From an uncultured Candidatus Peribacteria bacterium (GTDB lineage Bacteria > Patescibacteriota > Gracilibacteria > Peribacterales > Peribacteraceae): DNA of 64,000 bases. Every line of letters starts with the position of its first letter. Position 1 is the stretch's first letter. A program made the translations under genes and the position numbers. Below are positions 62,724 to 64,000 of this stretch, piece after piece. Below the pieces are notes generated by a model. That model saw only the letters and a list, made by a program, of their open reading frames with translations. It searched no databases and was not told the DNA's origin. The stretch is from contig CAZDRX010000001.1 of assembly GCA_964508225.1 (NCBI GenBank), positions 7,680-71,679 on the forward strand. The letters run 5' to 3'.

Positions 62724-64000
62724 ATGACGCTGTACCTCAAGTACCGGCCCCAGAACTTCGCCGATGTGGTGGGTCAGGACCACGTGGTGACCACGATGGA
62801 ACAGGCGATCGCCAAGGACCGTATTTCGCATGCCTACCTCCTCTGCGGCACGCGCGGCACGGGCAAGACGTCCGTGGCGCGTATCATGGCGAAGACCATT
62901 CTCCTCAAAGGAATCGAGGATGACGTGATCCGTGCCCAGATGACGAAGGGAATCGAAGAGGGCTCCCTCGTGGACTTCATCGAGATCGATGCAGCGAGTA
63001 ACCGCCGCATCGACGACGTGCGGGACTTGATCGAGAAGATCAACTTCTCCCCCGCCGTCTCCAAGGCGAAGGTCTACATCATCGATGAGGTACACATGCT
63101 CACGAAGGAAGCTTTCAATGCGCTCCTGAAGACACTCGAGGAACCGCCGGACTACGCGTTCTTCATTCTCGCCACGACCGAGCTGCACAAGGTTCCCGAT
63201 ACGATCCAGTCGCGCTGCCAGCGCTTCCTGTTCAAGCGGGTGAAGGACGAGGACATCGTCCGCCGGCTCCAGTACATCGTCGATCAGGAACGGATCGTGG
63301 TCGACCGTGAGGCGCTCCGCACCATTGCACGTCACGCTTCCGGCAGCTTCCGCGACGGCATCTCTCTCCTCGACCAGCTGCGGTCACTGCCCAAAATCAG
63401 CCTCGCCGACGTCACCGAGAGAATCGGTCGTACCTCAGCGGTCTTCCTCGAAGACGTCTTCGCCGCGCTCGGCGAGAAGGATATCCCCAAGCTCGCGGAG
63501 CTCGTGGCACAGATGGAGGAAGCCAACATCCCTCTCGACACCGTGGTGACCGATCTCCTCGGGCACATCAGGAGCGGCATGCACGGAGCCATCGAGAGGA
63601 AGGAGTCTGCCGTTCCGTTCATCCGGATGATGGATATTCTCCTGCAGGCGCTGAAAGATCTGCGGCTCTCCCCTGTTCCGGGTCTCGTCCTCGAGTCGGC
63701 ACTCGTCATGCTCTGCACCGACGAACTCGAATCACCCGCTGCCGCTCCTGCTCCGAGAATCCCATCGGCTGAACACCCGAGAATCTCCGTACCGCAGACG
63801 CCCGAACCGCAGGTCTCCGCTCCGGCACCCAAGCCTGAAGAGGCGCCTGCCAAACCTTCCATCGTGGAAGCGCAGGATCTCACCGTTGAGGGAATGCACC
63901 GGAACTGGGACCAGCTGCTCAAGGCCGTATCGCCGCCGTCCGTACGCATGAGCCTCAAAGATGCGACGATCACGGGTGTCGAGAACGGCACCGTATTCCT
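62724..64000 (+). CDS. dnaX: DNA polymerase III subunit gamma/tau (3' partial, runs off the window)
   Basis: Own translation: 'MTLYLKYRPQNFADVVGQDHV...LLCGTRGTGKTS', 'IIDEVHML', 'SRCQRF'. It is absent from the ORF track because there is no stop in the window. TGaTATACT lies 11 nt upstream. Confidence 0.92.
   Translation, partial: MTLYLKYRPQNFADVVGQDHVVTTMEQAIAKDRISHAYLLCGTRGTGKTSVARIMAKTILLKGIEDDVIRAQMTKGIEEGSLVDFIEIDAASNRRIDDVRDLIEKINFSPAVSKAKVYIIDEVHMLTKEAFNALLKTLEEPPDYAFFILATTELHKVPDTIQSRCQRFLFKRVKDEDIVRRLQYIVDQERIVVDREALRTIARHASGSFRDGISLLDQLRSLPKISLADVTERIGRTSAVFLEDVFAALGEKDIPKLAELVAQMEEANIPLDTVVTDLLGHIRSGMHGAIERKESAVPFIRMMDILLQALKDLRLSPVPGLVLESALVMLCTDELESPAAAPAPRIPSAEHPRISVPQTPEPQVSAPAPKPEEAPAKPSIVEAQDLTVEGMHRNWDQLLKAVSPPSVRMSLKDATITGVENGTVF

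Noticed and set aside
1-64000. Alternative genetic code (UGA or UAG reassignment), as in some candidate phyla.
   Set aside because: All conserved genes (clpC, rpsA, tkt, ruvB, trpS, pdxS and others) are full length and uninterrupted under the standard code, and they end at positions consistent with their families.
1-64000. CRISPR arrays, rRNA genes, IS elements, transposases, reverse transcriptases.
   Set aside because: I saw no regularly spaced direct repeats, no rRNA-like conserved blocks, and no DDE, serine- or tyrosine-recombinase, or RT motifs in any frame. Only short hairpins and the 18-nt tRNA-derived repeat were found.
62724-64000. A programmed -1 frameshift site (A AAA AAG type) in dnaX that would produce a gamma subunit.
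   Set aside because: No A-rich slippery heptamer is visible in the part of dnaX contained in the window, and the gene is truncated by the window end.

Overview
High-GC (about 60% by eye) bacterial chromosomal segment, densely coded on both strands with the standard genetic code. There are no rRNA genes, no CRISPR array and no intact transposase or integrase.

Recognisable core genes:
- Information processing: mgtE, an ABC-F ATPase, tatD, ruvB, rplK, rplA, dusB, clpC, rpsA, trpS, an RluA-type pseudouridine synthase, dcd and dnaX (3' partial).
- Metabolism: a fused transketolase, pdxS/pdxT, an ADP-forming acetyl-CoA synthetase, and a flavodoxin gene translationally coupled to korA/korB-type 2-oxoacid:ferredoxin oxidoreductase genes.
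- Envelope and glycan genes: GT4, GT39, GT2-like glycosyltransferases, Methyltransf_24-like methyltransferases and an SLH-domain protein.
- Regulation: a Cache-PAS histidine kinase and an orphan receiver protein.
- Transport: an ArsR-SRPBCC-MFS operon.
- Six tRNA genes: Gly-GCC, Arg-CCG, Ile-UAU, Lys-UUU, Gly-UCC and Val-CAC.

Many further ORFs encode orphan secreted, lipoprotein or membrane proteins. The gene content (ADP-forming acetyl-CoA synthetase plus 2-oxoacid oxidoreductase, T4SS-pilin/PrgI-type genes, many orphans) is reminiscent of uncultivated small-genome anaerobes such as CPR/Peregrinibacteria-like lineages. That cannot be established from this window.

Most notable observations:
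1. An AT-rich islet of about 3.3 kb sits directly against the 3' end of tRNA-Gly(UCC). It carries a two-gene operon (a coiled-coil protein with a C-terminal TM helix, plus a DUF4238 protein) and three small secreted or lipoproteins.
2. Scattered type-IV-secretion-like parts are present: a TrbC/VirB2-like pilin, a PrgI-like protein and a stand-alone VirB4 N-terminal-domain protein with no ATPase domain.
3. Promoter architecture is consistent across the window. A TATACT/TAnnnT -10 box, often with a TG extension, lies 6-11 nt upstream of the start codon, and no Shine-Dalgarno sequence was seen at the starts I inspected.
4. A polytopic membrane gene is inserted between rplK and rplA.
5. The tRNA-Ile carries a UAU anticodon.
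6. Orphan tRNA 5'-half copies lie upstream of two intact tRNAs.
7. An SGNH hydrolase gene is frameshifted.

Long antisense ORFs opposite real genes are treated as high-GC artefacts.
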